A stretch of 64,000 nucleotides of DNA, from NCBI GenBank assembly GCA_964291395.2, contig OZ219858.1, positions 768,001-832,000 on the forward strand. The letters run 5' to 3'. Position 1 is the first letter of the stretch, and every line of letters starts with the position of its first letter. The notes under the pieces were generated by a model. That model was given only the letters and a program-made list of their open reading frames with translations, made no database searches and was not told where the DNA came from. Origin of the DNA: Alphaproteobacteria bacterium (GTDB lineage Bacteria > Pseudomonadota > Alphaproteobacteria > UBA2966). Of the stretch, positions 1-12,586 are shown one piece after another. A program made the translations under genes and the position numbers.

Positions 1-2092
1 GGTCCTCCGCCTCCGGGATGACGCTGACGGCTGCGACGTGGGTCTGCGGCGCGCCTTCGAGCGCTCCGGGAGCGAAGATCGTTGCGAACTCCACCCGGAT
101 GCGGCTCCAGTCGATGGTACGCAGGTTATGGATCTCAGCCGTGATGCGGCGACCCAGAACGTTGAAGGTCAGCGTGTCGCCTACAGCGATGCCGAGTTCC
201 TCGGCGATGTGCGCGTCCAGCGAGATGGCCGGCGGGCCGGAGTAACTCTCGGACCACCAGGTACCTGAGACGATGTCCGCGCCCTCAGGTGGTGTTGCGG
301 CGTAAGTGAGGCCCCGTTCGCCGTTCACGAACCAGGAGGCCCGCGGGTCGTAGGTCGCCTCGTCCACCGGTGTGCCGTCGATCAGTGCGAGCCGTCCCCG
401 CAGGTTGGGCATTTGCTGAAGCAGGTCGGCGCCATCTGTGCGCGCGACGATCTCTTCGAACGGCTGCACCTGATCCGGCTGGATATCGATGAAGAAGAAC
501 GACGGCGCCCGCTCCGGGATGCGGTCCGCGATCTGACGGGAGAGGTTCGTGTCGAGCAACGCCACGGTGATCAGGACCGACAGACCGGCACCGATCGACA
601 TGACGATCCCAGCCGTCGGTGCGCTGGGCCGCGTCAGGTTGGACAGCGCCAAGCGCAGAGCCGGCGACCGTGGCCGCTTCGATCTCGCGGTGCCGGCAAC
701 GATCAGCTTCGCCACGATCCAGAACGCCAGGAGCGAGACCGCCGCCCCGACGATAAACCAGCGTGCGAAGAAGAGGTACTCCGTCGTCGACAGCGCCAGT
801 CCGACCAGGGCGGCGAGCGCGAGAGTCGTGGCCAGCACATAACGCAACGGGGGAACACGCCGTGCGGGCGCGACGATGTCGCGGAACAGACCAGCGGCAG
901 GCACATCACGTGCCCGCGCCAAAGGCCACAGGGTGAATATGATCGTGGTCAACATTCCGAACGCCGTGGCGACGACGAGAGGCGTGGGATAGAGGCCTGC
1001 CGCAGGAGGAACGGGGAGAGAGGGACCGGCTAGAGAAGCCATCAGAACCGGCGTCCCGCCCCCAAGTCCGAGTCCGATCGCAATGCCTAATAGTGCCAGG
1101 ACACCGACTTCGAGGAAGTAAGTCCGGAAGACGATGTCCGACGTGGCGCCCAAGCACTTGAGCGTGGCGATGGTCTCGGTCCGACCCGCGAGATGACTCG
1201 CCACGGCGTTGGCGATCCCGACACCGCCGATCACCAGGGCCGTCAGGCCGACGAGCGTCAGGAATATGCCGAGACGATTGACGAACCGCTTGACCGAGGG
1301 CTGCGCATCGTCGAGATCGTAGACGCGCCACGCCGCGTCGGGAAAGGCCGCGCTCAGTCTCTCGACCCACGGTCCCACCGTCTCCGTGGCCGGAAGGCGC
1401 ACGCGATACTTGTGCCGCAGCATGCTGCCGAGACGGACGAGACCCGTGGCGTCGAACGTCTCGTTCGTCACCATGAGGCGAGGTCCGAGCGTGAAGGCGC
1501 CCGCCACGCGGTCGGGCTCGCGAACGATCACCGCGCGGACTTCGATTTCCGCGTCGCCGACCTGCACGCGATCTCCGATAGCAAGACCGATACGGGACAG
1601 CAGCGTCTTCTCGACCGTCGCGCCCGGCACACCGCCGCGGGTCTCCAACGCCTCCGCAAGGGAGATGGACGGCGACAGCGCGATCGAGCCGTAGAGCGGG
1701 TAGGCGGGGTCGATTCCCTTGAGTTCCACCAATGTCCGCACATCCGACGCCGTCGCGTAAGCCATGGCGCGCAGTTCACGAACGGAGATCAAGGTTTCGC
1801 TGTTGTCCCTCAGCCAAGCCAACTGCTCTTTCGTTGCGCCATGCGCGGCGACGCGGATTTCCACGTCCGCGCCCAACAGCGCCCGGGCGTTCTCTGCCAG
1901 CCCGGCGCGGAACGCTTCGGCCAGGGAACCGACGCCCGAAATCGCTGCGACGCCGAGAACGATACAGGCCAGGAAAATACGAAAGCCCCTTATTCCGCCC
2001 CTGAGTTCGCGGCGCGCAAACCGCCATGCGACGAGCCAGGGACTGGACGCGGAAGCGCCTGCACGTGGAGAACCCGCGTCGGGGACGCCCAT
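1..2092 (-). CDS. ybbP: ABC transporter permease, YbbP/FtsX-like (3' end runs off window)
   Basis: Manual minus-strand translation from ATG 2092: MGVPD...WRFARRELRGGIRGFRIFLACIVLGVAAISGVGSL; directly downstream of ybbA-like ATPase. Confidence 0.85.
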   Translation of the reverse strand, partial: MGVPDAGSPRAGASASSPWLVAWRFARRELRGGIRGFRIFLACIVLGVAAISGVGSLAEAFRAGLAENARALLGADVEIRVAAHGATKEQLAWLRDNSETLISVRELRAMAYATASDVRTLVELKGIDPAYPLYGSIALSPSISLAEALETRGGVPGATVEKTLLSRIGLAIGDRVQVGDAEIEVRAVIVREPDRVAGAFTLGPRLMVTNETFDATGLVRLGSMLRHKYRVRLPATETVGPWVERLSAAFPDAAWRVYDLDDAQPSVKRFVNRLGIFLTLVGLTALVIGGVGIANAVASHLAGRTETIATLKCLGATSDIVFRTYFLEVGVLALLGIAIGLGLGGGTPVLMASLAGPSLPVPPAAGLYPTPLVVATAFGMLTTIIFTLWPLARARDVPAAGLFRDIVAPARRVPPLRYVLATTLALAALVGLALSTTEYLFFARWFIVGAAVSLLAFWIVAKLIVAGTARSKRPRSPALRLALSNLTRPSAPTAGIVMSIGAGLSVLITVALLDTNLSRQIADRIPERAPSFFFIDIQPDQVQPFEEIVARTDGADLLQQMPNLRGRLALIDGTPVDEATYDPRASWFVNGERGLTYAATPPEGADIVSGTWWSESYSGPPAISLDAHIAEELGIAVGDTLTFNVLGRRITAEIHNLRTIDWSRIRVEFATIFAPGALEGAPQTHVAAVSVIPEAED

Positions 2093-2101
2093 CGAAGGCA
2101 C

Positions 2102-2839
2102 CTAAGTCGCCGCGGCCAGGGCAGCATCCGCAGGCTGCACGATGCGCCCGTCGTTCAGGTACACGACACGGTCGCACCTGCTGGCCACCGCGGAGTCGTG
2201 GGTGATGAGCACCAGGGTCGTGTCCTCGCGCGTCCGGATCTCGAACATCAGATCGATGATCTGAGCTCCGGTAACCGTATCGAGATTGCCCGTGGGTTCG
2301 TCGGCCAGGACCAGAGCGGGGCCGGCGGCAAATGCGCGCGCCAGGGCCACACGCTGCTGTTCACCGCCGGAGAGCTGCGCCGGGTAATGGTCGACCCGGT
2401 CGTCCAGTCCGACGGCGGACAGACTCGCACGGGCTCGATCGAACGAGTCCGGGAAATCCGACAACTCCATCGGCACGGCGACGTTCTCCAGAGCCGTCAT
2501 CGCCGGGATGAGATGAAACGACTGAAACACGATACCCACGTGGCGGCGGCGGAAGAGGGCCAATGCATCCTCGCTCAGTCCGTCGAATTCGGTGCCGGCC
2601 ACCACAACTCGGCCGGCGCTGACCCTCTCCAGTCCGGCCGTCACCGCAAGCATGGTCGACTTTCCGGAACCTGACGGCCCGGCGACGCCGACGGTTTCTC
2701 CCGCGGCAACGGTGAGATCGATTCCGCGCAGGATGTTGACCGCGCCCGCTCGACTTTCCAGAGTGAGGTGCACACCTTCCAGGACAACCATCGGTTCCGG
2801 AGGCGTGGCTGGACGATTGGGGGCGATGGGTTCGGGCAT
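2102..2839 (-). CDS. ybbA: ABC transporter ATP-binding protein (YbbA/LolD-like)
   Basis: Walker [24 protein letters not shown], Walker [11 protein letters not shown]; divergent from tesA. Confidence 0.9.
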   Translation of the reverse strand: MPEPIAPNRPATPPEPMVVLEGVHLTLESRAGAVNILRGIDLTVAAGETVGVAGPSGSGKSTMLAVTAGLERVSAGRVVVAGTEFDGLSEDALALFRRRHVGIVFQSFHLIPAMTALENVAVPMELSDFPDSFDRARASLSAVGLDDRVDHYPAQLSGGEQQRVALARAFAAGPALVLADEPTGNLDTVTGAQIIDLMFEIRTREDTTLVLITHDSAVASRCDRVVYLNDGRIVQPADAALAAAT

Positions 2840-3542
2840 GTTCAGGCGGTGTCGAATGGTCGCGACGGCGGCACATAGCGCGTCGGGGTGGCGCGCGCGC
2901 TTCTACCATATAGGTCGTATCTCGATCTTCGTCATCCTTGCCGCGTGTCTTGCGCTAGCCGTCAGCGTCCGTTCGTCGTTGGCGGACCCGAAATTCATCA
3001 TCGCGGCGTTCGGCGACAGTCTGACGGCCGGCCATGGCCTTCCGGCCGCGGACGCCTTCCCGGTTCGGCTGGAATCCGCGTTGCGGAAGGCGGGAAAACG
3101 CGTCCGGGTGATCAACGCCGGCGTGTCGGGCGATACCACGGCAGGTGGTCGTGCCCGGCTCGGCTGGGTCCTGGCCGACAAGCCTGATGCCGTAATCGTC
3201 GAGCTCGGCGCCAACGACGCGATGCGCGGGATCGATCCCGCGGAGACGTCCCGAAATCTCGCCGCCATCCTTCAAATCCTGAAGAGGCGCGGTATCCGCG
3301 TGCTGCTCGCCGGCATGCTGGCGCCGCCGAATCTCGGCGACCGGTATGCCGAGGCATTCAACGCCATCTATCCGGAGCTGGCGGCGGCCTATGACGTGCC
3401 GCTGTATCCGTTCTTCCTCGACGGTGTCGCGGCGATTCCGGCGCTCAACCAGCCGGACGGCATTCATCCGACCGCCAAGGGGGTCGAACGCATCGTGAAG
3501 GGGATTCTCCCCTATGTCGTCCGTGTCGTCGAAGCCGAATAG
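2838..3542 (+). CDS. tesA: Arylesterase / acyl-CoA thioesterase I (SGNH hydrolase); start uncertain
   Basis: FGDSLTAG, NAGVSGDTT, ELGANDA, DGIHP motifs; N-terminal hydrophobic segment. Confidence 0.88.
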   Translation: MFRRCRMVATAAHSASGWRARFYHIGRISIFVILAACLALAVSVRSSLADPKFIIAAFGDSLTAGHGLPAADAFPVRLESALRKAGKRVRVINAGVSGDTTAGGRARLGWVLADKPDAVIVELGANDAMRGIDPAETSRNLAAILQILKRRGIRVLLAGMLAPPNLGDRYAEAFNAIYPELAAAYDVPLYPFFLDGVAAIPALNQPDGIHPTAKGVERIVKGILPYVVRVVEAE

Positions 3543-3635
3543 GATGTCGCGGCCCATGGGATCGTGATAGACATCCCGGCGCACGCACCGGCTGAGATCG
3601 CCCTCTCCCGAAGTTTCGTTGCCCAGGACCAAAGC

Positions 3636-4175
3636 ATGATTCGGTTGTTCGTCGCGGTGGATCTGCCCGAGGGCGTGCGCGACCGGATCGCCGGCCTGTG
3701 TGCGGGGCTTCCCGGGGTCCGGTGGGTCGAACCCCAAAACCTGCATCTGACGTTGCGCTTCATCGGCGAAGTCGAGGAACCGCAGTTTCCCGAGATCGAT
3801 TCCGTGCTGTCTGCAATCCGGTCCCCCGCCTTCTCGCTCGCCATGGACGGAGTCGGTTATTTCGGCGATCGCCGTCGAGCCCGGGCTCTCTGGGCCGGGG
3901 TGCGGCCGTGCGAGGAATTGTCCGCCCTGCAATCGAAAACCGAATCGGCCCTTGCGCGGACGGGGCTGGAGCCCGAAACCCGAAAATTCCACCCCCACGT
4001 TACCCTTGCTCGGCTCAAGGGCATGAAAGCGAACCGGTTGGCGAGCTATCTCGAGGCGCACGGCGCTTTTTTCACGGAAGAATTCTCGATCAGAGAATTC
4101 GCGTTGTATTCGAGCCATTTGGGGCGCAACGCCGCCTCTTATATCCGGGAAGCCGGTTACCCCTTGGCCGTCTGA
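3636..4175 (+). CDS. thpR: RNA 2',3'-cyclic phosphodiesterase (2H phosphoesterase)
   Basis: MIRLFVAV start, two HxT motifs (HLTLRF, PHVTLAR). Confidence 0.9.
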   Translation: MIRLFVAVDLPEGVRDRIAGLCAGLPGVRWVEPQNLHLTLRFIGEVEEPQFPEIDSVLSAIRSPAFSLAMDGVGYFGDRRRARALWAGVRPCEELSALQSKTESALARTGLEPETRKFHPHVTLARLKGMKANRLASYLEAHGAFFTEEFSIREFALYSSHLGRNAASYIREAGYPLAV

Positions 4176-5086
4176 TCCGTATCGGGCTCGCCGACGCCGG
4201 GTCGGATCAGGAGCACCGGGATTTCCAAACCTTCCACGACATTGTCCGTGGACTTGCCCCGAAGCAGCGGACTCTCGCAGCCGAGAACGAACAATTCGCC
4301 GTGCTCCGCGTGTACGACCGTCGCAAGGCGGGCGGCTTCACGCCGACCGAGCCGGCGGAAGCGGGGTTGCAGCCCGAAGGCCGCCAACAGAGCATCAGCC
4401 TCTTCCTCCAGCCTCGGGGCGGTCCGCTTCGAGTCCGGGATGAAAACGGTGATCGGGTGTCTCTCGCTCAAGGCGAGCCGGGCGGCGAGGCGAAGCCCGC
4501 GGTCCCCGGTCGACGTGTCGTCGTAAGCCACCAGAATGGCGCCGGGCGGCGAATATGCCGCGGCGACAAAACGGTGGTGCGCGATAAGTACCGCACTCGG
4601 TGATCGGGCGCTCAAAGTCCGTGCCGTCTCGCCGAGCTTGACGCGTTGCGGGTACGCCCGGTCCGACTTGCCGACGATGACGATGTCGGCCTCGGAGGCG
4701 GCTGCAAGGATCTCGCTCGCCATGGCTCCCCGAGCAGTTCGAAATGACCAGCGGACGGAGAACCGCTCTGCGTTCATGGCGAGCATATCCCGCGCCACGC
4801 GCGCCTGACGCCGCAACTCGCGTTCCATCGACGAGAGATCCAGACCCTGCCCCGACGTCGTGGCAACGCTTACCACGCGGGTGCACGGGAGGCCCGCCAT
4901 GCGCAACAGGTTGATGTCCTCGACGAACAACCCTTCGATCTCGGCGCGCAGCTTGGCGGCGAGCCGGGTCGCGAGGTCCAGGGAGGTCAAGCTGTCCTCG
5001 GTCGCATCGAGGGCGACCAAAACACGGTAGACCTCCGGCTCCTGCGGTTCGGGCAGTCCGGTGGCCCGTGTCTGTTCCGGAGTCAT
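4157..5086 (-). CDS. Tandem universal stress protein
   Basis: RVLVALDA...ADIVIVG...LGETAR and second ILVAYD...IPVLLIR USP-like halves. Confidence 0.75.
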   Translation of the reverse strand: MTPEQTRATGLPEPQEPEVYRVLVALDATEDSLTSLDLATRLAAKLRAEIEGLFVEDINLLRMAGLPCTRVVSVATTSGQGLDLSSMERELRRQARVARDMLAMNAERFSVRWSFRTARGAMASEILAAASEADIVIVGKSDRAYPQRVKLGETARTLSARSPSAVLIAHHRFVAAAYSPPGAILVAYDDTSTGDRGLRLAARLALSERHPITVFIPDSKRTAPRLEEEADALLAAFGLQPRFRRLGRREAARLATVVHAEHGELFVLGCESPLLRGKSTDNVVEGLEIPVLLIRPGVGEPDTDQTAKG

Positions 5087-7530
5087 GACCTGCTCTCCCC
5101 GTCACGTCGGCCGAACGCGCTCAGATCGTCGGCCAGACTCCGCAGACGATCTTCGACAAGCCGGTTCACCGTATTCGTACCGAACTCGCCACTCCTGCCC
5201 CGCACGCCGGCACGCCGGCCGGTCAGGAGCTCGATCCCTTCATCGATCGTCGTGACCGGGAATATGCGGAACTTGCCGGCCCCGCAGGCGTCGACCACGT
5301 CCTGCCGCAGCATCAGATGCTTGACGTTCGAGCCAGGAATCAAAACGCCCTGGTCGCCCGTCAAGCCCCGTTCCCGGCAAATGTCGAAGAAGCCCTCGAT
5401 CTTCTCGTTGACCCCGCCGATCGCCTGCACCCCGCCCTGCTGGTTGACCGATCCGGTCACGGCAAGGGACTGACGCAACGGCAGCGCCGACAGCGCCGAC
5501 AGCAGCGCGTACAACTCGGCGGAAGAAGCGGAATCACCATCAACGCCGCCATAGGACTGCTCGAAAACGAGGCTGGCCGACAGGGACAGCGGCCGGTCGA
5601 GGGCATACCGGGCGCCCAGGAATCCCGACAGGATGAGGACTCCCTTCGAGTGCAGGGGCCCGCCCAGATCGACTTCGCGCTCGATATCGACGACCTGCCC
5701 CCGGCCCATCCGCACCCGAGCGGTAATCCGATTGGGGCGCCCGAACGAAAAGTCGCCCAGCGAAATGACTGCGAGCCCGTTGATCTGGCCGACCCGCTCA
5801 CCGTCCGTGTCGATCAACACAGTGCCGCGCGTGATCTGCTCCTGCGATCGCTCGCGCAGGCGATCCGCCCTGCGGACGCGGGCATCGATCGCGTGCTGGA
5901 CGTCCGCCGCGGTCACGACCCGGCGTCCGTTCTCCGACGCCCAGAAGTCGGCCTCCCGCATGACATCCGTCACGCGCCCCATGCGCAGGCTCAACTTCTC
6001 GGCGTCGTCCGCGATGCGGGCACTATGTTCGATCAGACGCGCGACTGCCCGACGGTCGAACGGCCGCAGTTCGTCCTTGGCTGCAAGACCGGCGATCAGC
6101 CGAGCATAGGCGAACGAGCCCTCCCCGGACCGGTCCATGTCCCAGCCATAGTCTACGGACACCTTGAACAAGTCGTTGAACTCAGGGTCCAGGACGCTCA
6201 ATAGGTAGTAGATTCTGGGCTCGCCGGTCAGGATCACCTTGACGTCGAGCGGGACCGGCTCGGGCTCCAGCGAGACTGTGCTCACCAGGCTCAGGGCTTG
6301 GCCCAGCGACTCGATGCGAACCATGCGGGAATCCAGGGCCCGTTTCAGGCCTTCGTAGGCATAGGGCTGCGTGAGGAGCTTGACCGCGTCGATGATCAGA
6401 TATCCGCCGTTGGCCCGGTGCAGCGCGCCGGCGCGGATCAGTCCGAAGTCGGTCACCAGCGCGCCCATCTCGGCGATGTGCTCGACGCGGCCGATCAGGT
6501 TGGCGAACGTCGGGTTGTCCTCGTAGATAACCGGGGCACCGCCGTCGGCCGAGTTGTCCACCAGCAGATTGATCTCGTAACGGCGGAACGCCATGGAGGC
6601 CTGGAGTTGCGGCAGCGGATTGCCGGGGAGGCCAGGCTGGCCGGGTGGCGACTGCGTCTGGGCCTGCATCTGAGCCTGATGGTCGGCAAGGAAAACGTCG
6701 ACATTGTCGGTGATGTCCGTCGACACGGCTTCGAGGTACGCGACGATCCGGGAAAACTCCTTGTACCGCTCCTTTAGGGCTTCGATCATGTGCCCGACCG
6801 CGAAGGCGGTGACGTCCCGATTAAGTTCGCGGATGCGGTTGCGCCGGTCCTTGTCCCACTCCGGAATCTGCCGCACCGTCGCCTGCAGCTCGTGCTGTAG
6901 GACCTCGATATCGGACTCGAAGCGGCCGCGGTCTTCCTCCCTCAAGCCTTGGAAGGCCTCGGGCGAGATGACCTCTCCGTCCTTCATCGGGGCGAGCGCC
7001 AAACCCACCGGCGTTCGTACCAGCGCGACGCTTTTCTTCTTCGCCTTCTCCGCCAACTCCTCGAAGGCGTGCTCTTGCTTTTCCTTGAACTCCTCGTCGA
7101 GCGCCTGACGGCGAGCGCGGTAGTCCTCGCTGTCGAAGGCCGCGGGAATGGCTGTCTTGAGCTCCTCGATGAGGTTCGACATGTCCTCCCGGAGCTCGCC
7201 CCCCCGGCCGGGGGGAAGCTCGACGGCGAGCGGCTTCTGCGCGTCCTCGAAATTGTTCAGGACCACCCAGTCGGGCGGAACGTCCTCGTCCTGGGCGGCG
7301 CGCTTGAGGTATTCGCGAACCGTCGTGTGACGCCCCGTTCCCTCGGGACCGTGGACGAACAGATTGTAGCCGTCCCGCTTGATGCGGGTACCGAAGCGCA
7401 GGGCTTCGACGGCCCGCTCCTGCCCCAGCACGCCGACGTGCGGCTTTAGGTCCGACGTCGTCCGGAACGGAAATCCGGACAGGCGGCACCGTGTATAAAG
7501 CGCACTCTTGCTCAACGGCCGGAGGGCCAT
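5083..7530 (-). CDS. Lon-related AAA protease (LonC/LonB-like, no TM segments)
   Basis: GALHRANGGYL, GDSASSAE (catalytic Ser), GGVNEKIEGF (Lys); variant Walker A GPEGTGRHT. Confidence 0.85.
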   Translation of the reverse strand: MALRPLSKSALYTRCRLSGFPFRTTSDLKPHVGVLGQERAVEALRFGTRIKRDGYNLFVHGPEGTGRHTTVREYLKRAAQDEDVPPDWVVLNNFEDAQKPLAVELPPGRGGELREDMSNLIEELKTAIPAAFDSEDYRARRQALDEEFKEKQEHAFEELAEKAKKKSVALVRTPVGLALAPMKDGEVISPEAFQGLREEDRGRFESDIEVLQHELQATVRQIPEWDKDRRNRIRELNRDVTAFAVGHMIEALKERYKEFSRIVAYLEAVSTDITDNVDVFLADHQAQMQAQTQSPPGQPGLPGNPLPQLQASMAFRRYEINLLVDNSADGGAPVIYEDNPTFANLIGRVEHIAEMGALVTDFGLIRAGALHRANGGYLIIDAVKLLTQPYAYEGLKRALDSRMVRIESLGQALSLVSTVSLEPEPVPLDVKVILTGEPRIYYLLSVLDPEFNDLFKVSVDYGWDMDRSGEGSFAYARLIAGLAAKDELRPFDRRAVARLIEHSARIADDAEKLSLRMGRVTDVMREADFWASENGRRVVTAADVQHAIDARVRRADRLRERSQEQITRGTVLIDTDGERVGQINGLAVISLGDFSFGRPNRITARVRMGRGQVVDIEREVDLGGPLHSKGVLILSGFLGARYALDRPLSLSASLVFEQSYGGVDGDSASSAELYALLSALSALPLRQSLAVTGSVNQQGGVQAIGGVNEKIEGFFDICRERGLTGDQGVLIPGSNVKHLMLRQDVVDACGAGKFRIFPVTTIDEGIELLTGRRAGVRGRSGEFGTNTVNRLVEDRLRSLADDLSAFGRRDGESRS

Positions 7531-7682
7531 GACGTCGACCGGTCAGGTGGTGTTCAAGGCCGCCGGGGCAGCCGGAGCGTCGATTCATGGGGTCGCGGGC
7601 GCGGAACGTCAAGAGACGGCCAAGGCGGGAATCTGTGTGAGCGATGAGAAGGTCGAGGTCGGGCCTGAAATCCGACCCCGAT

Positions 7683-8093
7683 TCAGCCCTCGCGTTCGAT
7701 CGCCTCCATGTCCGCGTCCGACAGCCCGAAATGGTGACCGATTTCGTGAACCAGTACGTTGCGCACGATCGCCGCGAGGGATTCGCCTGTCTCGCACCAA
7801 TAATCGAGGATGGGGCGGCGGTAGAGAAATATGATGTCGACGTCGGTGGCAGTGTCGAGAACGCTTCGCTGATCGAGACTTACGCCACGGTAGAGACCGA
7901 GCAGGTCGAACTCGTTGTCGACGCCCAGCTCTCTCATCGTTTCCGAATCGGGAAACTCCACGACCTGGATGACGACATCGCTCGTATATGCGCGAAAACG
8001 TTCGGGAAGCGACTCGTAACCCGCGGTGGCCAACGATTCGATGTCCGCCGCGCTGGGCGCCGCGCCGACGGGGGGGACGCCACCCTGCTTCAT
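7683..8093 (-). CDS. Zincin-like metallopeptidase family protein
   Basis: LLGLYRG, FLYRRPI, HEIGHHFG motif. Confidence 0.85.
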   Translation of the reverse strand: MKQGGVPPVGAAPSAADIESLATAGYESLPERFRAYTSDVVIQVVEFPDSETMRELGVDNEFDLLGLYRGVSLDQRSVLDTATDVDIIFLYRRPILDYWCETGESLAAIVRNVLVHEIGHHFGLSDADMEAIEREG

Positions 8094-8130
8094 TCGCCGA
8101 TACGTCACGCACGAGGCGGCGCGGAACGCG

Positions 8131-8895
8131 CTACCTCGGCGCCATGCGCAGCGCCCCGTCGAGCCGAACGACTTCGCCGTTGAGCATCCGGTTCTCGCAG
8201 ATGTAGAGGACCATCGATGCGTACTCGTCCGCGTCGCCGAGCCGGGACGGGAACGGGACGCTCTCACCAAGCGCCTTCTGCGCTTCTTCCGGCAACGAGA
8301 ACATCAGCGGCGTCGCGAACAGCCCCGGGGCGATGGTCATGACCCGGACGCCTCGCGACGCGAACTCTCGCGCGAGCGGAAGGGTGAGCGAGGCGATGCC
8401 GCCTTTGGACGCCGCATAGGCCGGTTGCCCGATCTGGCCGTCGTAGGCCGCCACCGAAGAGGTGTTGACGATGACCCCGCGCTCGCCGTCGTCGTTGACG
8501 GGGTCCTGCTCGAGCATGTCGGCGGCAGCGAGTCGAGCGCAGTTGAACGTCCCGATCAGGTTGATCTCGATGATCTTGCGGAAATCGTCGAGCGGCAGAG
8601 GCCCGCGGCGGCTGACGGCGCGGCCGGGCGGGCCGATGCCGGCACAATTGACGAGGACCCGGGCGGCACCGTGCGCTTCCCGCGCGGACGCGATGGCCCC
8701 TTGCGCCGCCTCGTCGCCGGTGACGTCGCATTCGAGGCCCAGCCCACCGATCTCGGAGGCTACCGACCGGGCGGCCTCGGCGTTGACGTCGAGGATCGCG
8801 ACCTTGGCGCCGGCCGCGGCGAGCGCGCGGGCCGTCGCGGCGCCGAGGCCCGATGCGCCGCCGGTCACGATGGCAGCAGTTCCCTTGAGTTCCAC
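8131..8895 (-). CDS. SDR, 3-hydroxyacyl-CoA dehydrogenase type-2 (HSD10-like)
   Basis: TGGASGLG, NCAGIG, YAASKGG, LNGEVVRLDGALRM. Confidence 0.9.
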   Translation of the reverse strand: MELKGTAAIVTGGASGLGAATARALAAAGAKVAILDVNAEAARSVASEIGGLGLECDVTGDEAAQGAIASAREAHGAARVLVNCAGIGPPGRAVSRRGPLPLDDFRKIIEINLIGTFNCARLAAADMLEQDPVNDDGERGVIVNTSSVAAYDGQIGQPAYAASKGGIASLTLPLAREFASRGVRVMTIAPGLFATPLMFSLPEEAQKALGESVPFPSRLGDADEYASMVLYICENRMLNGEVVRLDGALRMAPR

Positions 8896-9015
8896 GGATC
8901 CTCCCCTTTGTCCCCGACCGGCGTTGTTTAACGGGGTTCTGGTTTAGCAGATCGGATTCGGATGCGCGACCGGGAGTCCGTTGCGAGTCGCGCCGCCCCT
9001 TCCTATATGCGAAGG

Positions 9016-9408
9016 ATGTCGGATTCCGATCATGGGGCTGGTTCGGGCACCGGGCCGAAGGACGACGCGGACGTCGTCCTCAAGGGGTTCTGGAACAAGG
9101 TCCGGCGTACACTGGGGCGCGTGCCCTTCCTGGACGAAGCCGTCGCCGCCTATTACTGCGCCACGGATCCCAAGACCCCGCGCCGCGTTCAGGCGATATT
9201 GCTGGGGGCACTCGCGTACTTCGTGGTTCCCGCTGACATGATTCCCGACTTCATCGCCGGTCTCGGTTTCACCGACGATGCGGCGGTCCTGGCTGCGGTC
9301 ATCGGTACCGTGCGTCGCCACATCACGGACGATCATCGGGCGGGCGCCCGCGCGGTCCTCGACCGCTTCGCCAATACCGGCGGCTCCGAGACCACGGACG
9401 ACGGCTAG
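9016..9408 (+). CDS. YkvA/DUF1232 family membrane protein
   Basis: DPKTP...ALAYFVVPADMIPDFIAGLGFTDDA. Confidence 0.85.
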   Translation: MSDSDHGAGSGTGPKDDADVVLKGFWNKVRRTLGRVPFLDEAVAAYYCATDPKTPRRVQAILLGALAYFVVPADMIPDFIAGLGFTDDAAVLAAVIGTVRRHITDDHRAGARAVLDRFANTGGSETTDDG

Positions 9409-10352
9409 GACCGTTCCCCTGACGGCTCGTCATGCCGGACCCGTGGGCGCCTCGCCGCCGCGGCGCGCTCGATCTGCGCCTCGCGGCGGGTAATGTAGAA
9501 AGTGCTGGAAAAGATCACCGCGGCACCGACCCAGGTCCAGATGTCGGGCACCTCGCTGAAGGCGATGTAACCGATCAGCGCGGTGAACGGCAGACGCGTG
9601 AAATCGAAGGGCATGATGACGGTGGTCTCGGCGATGGCAAAGGCCTTGGTCATCGCCAGATGGGCGCACGTGCCGGAGACGCCGACGACGACCAGCCACG
9701 TGAATTCCTGGGCGGTGGGCCATTGCCACACGAACAGTGCCGGAATGAGGGCGGCGGGGACCATGAACAGGTTGAGGTAGGCGACGATTGTGGTCGAGGA
9801 CTCCGTACGCGAGAGGATCTTGATGACGATGAAGGCGGCGGCCATGCCGGCGGCCGAGAGAATGACGATCAGCAGGTTCGGGTCGATCTCCGCGAAGCCG
9901 GGGCGCAGGATCAGCAGGGCGCCGGCAAAGCCGAGCAGAGTGGCCGTCCATCGCCGTATGCGTACGACCTCCTTGAGAACGATGACGGCCAGCACGGTGG
10001 TGAACAGCGGAGCCGTGAAGCTCAGCGCCACGGCGTCCGCTACCGGAACCACGGACACGGCGTAAAACCAGGTCACTTGGAATACGAGCGCCATGCAACC
10101 GCGCACGAGCAACAATCCGTAACGGTTCGCCCGGAGGACACCGAGCCCCTGGCGGATGAACAGCGGCGACAACGCGAGAAGTCCGAACAAGTTCCGGAAG
10201 AACACGGTCTCGATCGAGGGGATGGATGCGGAGACCTCGCGGATGCCGCCGACCATGGCCGAAAAGAACGCCGAGGCCACGATCATCAGCAGGGCGCCCT
10301 GCGCCGCGTTGGTCAGCCTTCGCGGGCCGTTTCCCGGTATCCCGCGGGTCAC
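9405..10352 (-). CDS. DMT/EamA family transporter
   Basis: About 10 hydrophobic segments; FFRNL, FTAPLF, KEVVRIRRW, LRPG, PFDFTRL motifs. Confidence 0.88.
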   Translation of the reverse strand: MTRGIPGNGPRRLTNAAQGALLMIVASAFFSAMVGGIREVSASIPSIETVFFRNLFGLLALSPLFIRQGLGVLRANRYGLLLVRGCMALVFQVTWFYAVSVVPVADAVALSFTAPLFTTVLAVIVLKEVVRIRRWTATLLGFAGALLILRPGFAEIDPNLLIVILSAAGMAAAFIVIKILSRTESSTTIVAYLNLFMVPAALIPALFVWQWPTAQEFTWLVVVGVSGTCAHLAMTKAFAIAETTVIMPFDFTRLPFTALIGYIAFSEVPDIWTWVGAAVIFSSTFYITRREAQIERAAAARRPRVRHDEPSGERS

Positions 10353-10612
10353 GCCGCGACCTCCCCGTAGCCGCTTGCCGATGCGGTGCCGTATCTTCGT
10401 CCGAAGAAAGGGCTGTCCGCGAGTTCCGGGTCGGGTTGCCGTTCACTCACGCCTCCATTCTTACAGCATGACGCGACCCCGTGCCGGAGGACCGCCCGTC
10501 CCACGCCCGGGTCAATCGTCCCATGGCGCTTCCCACCCGCCGTCGGGCTCGGCAATATCCGATAGCGGAACGTGGTTCAGATCGACCGAGGCTCGCGAAT
10601 GGGGAGGGCTTG

Positions 10613-12574
<1,962 letters not shown>

Positions 12575-12586
12575 CCCGCGAACGCG

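Noticed and set aside
1193-2674. Long ORFs such as 1193-2674, 12707-14764, 27938-29857, 42073-43698, 45640-47481 and 56976-59525
   Set aside because: Shadow ORFs overlapping clear genes in high-GC DNA; Arg/Gly/Pro-rich with no motifs.
2837-2840. ybbA and tesA possibly sharing one CATG as divergent start codons
   Set aside because: Both genes have alternative downstream starts, and a tight divergent ybbA/tesA arrangement is already known.
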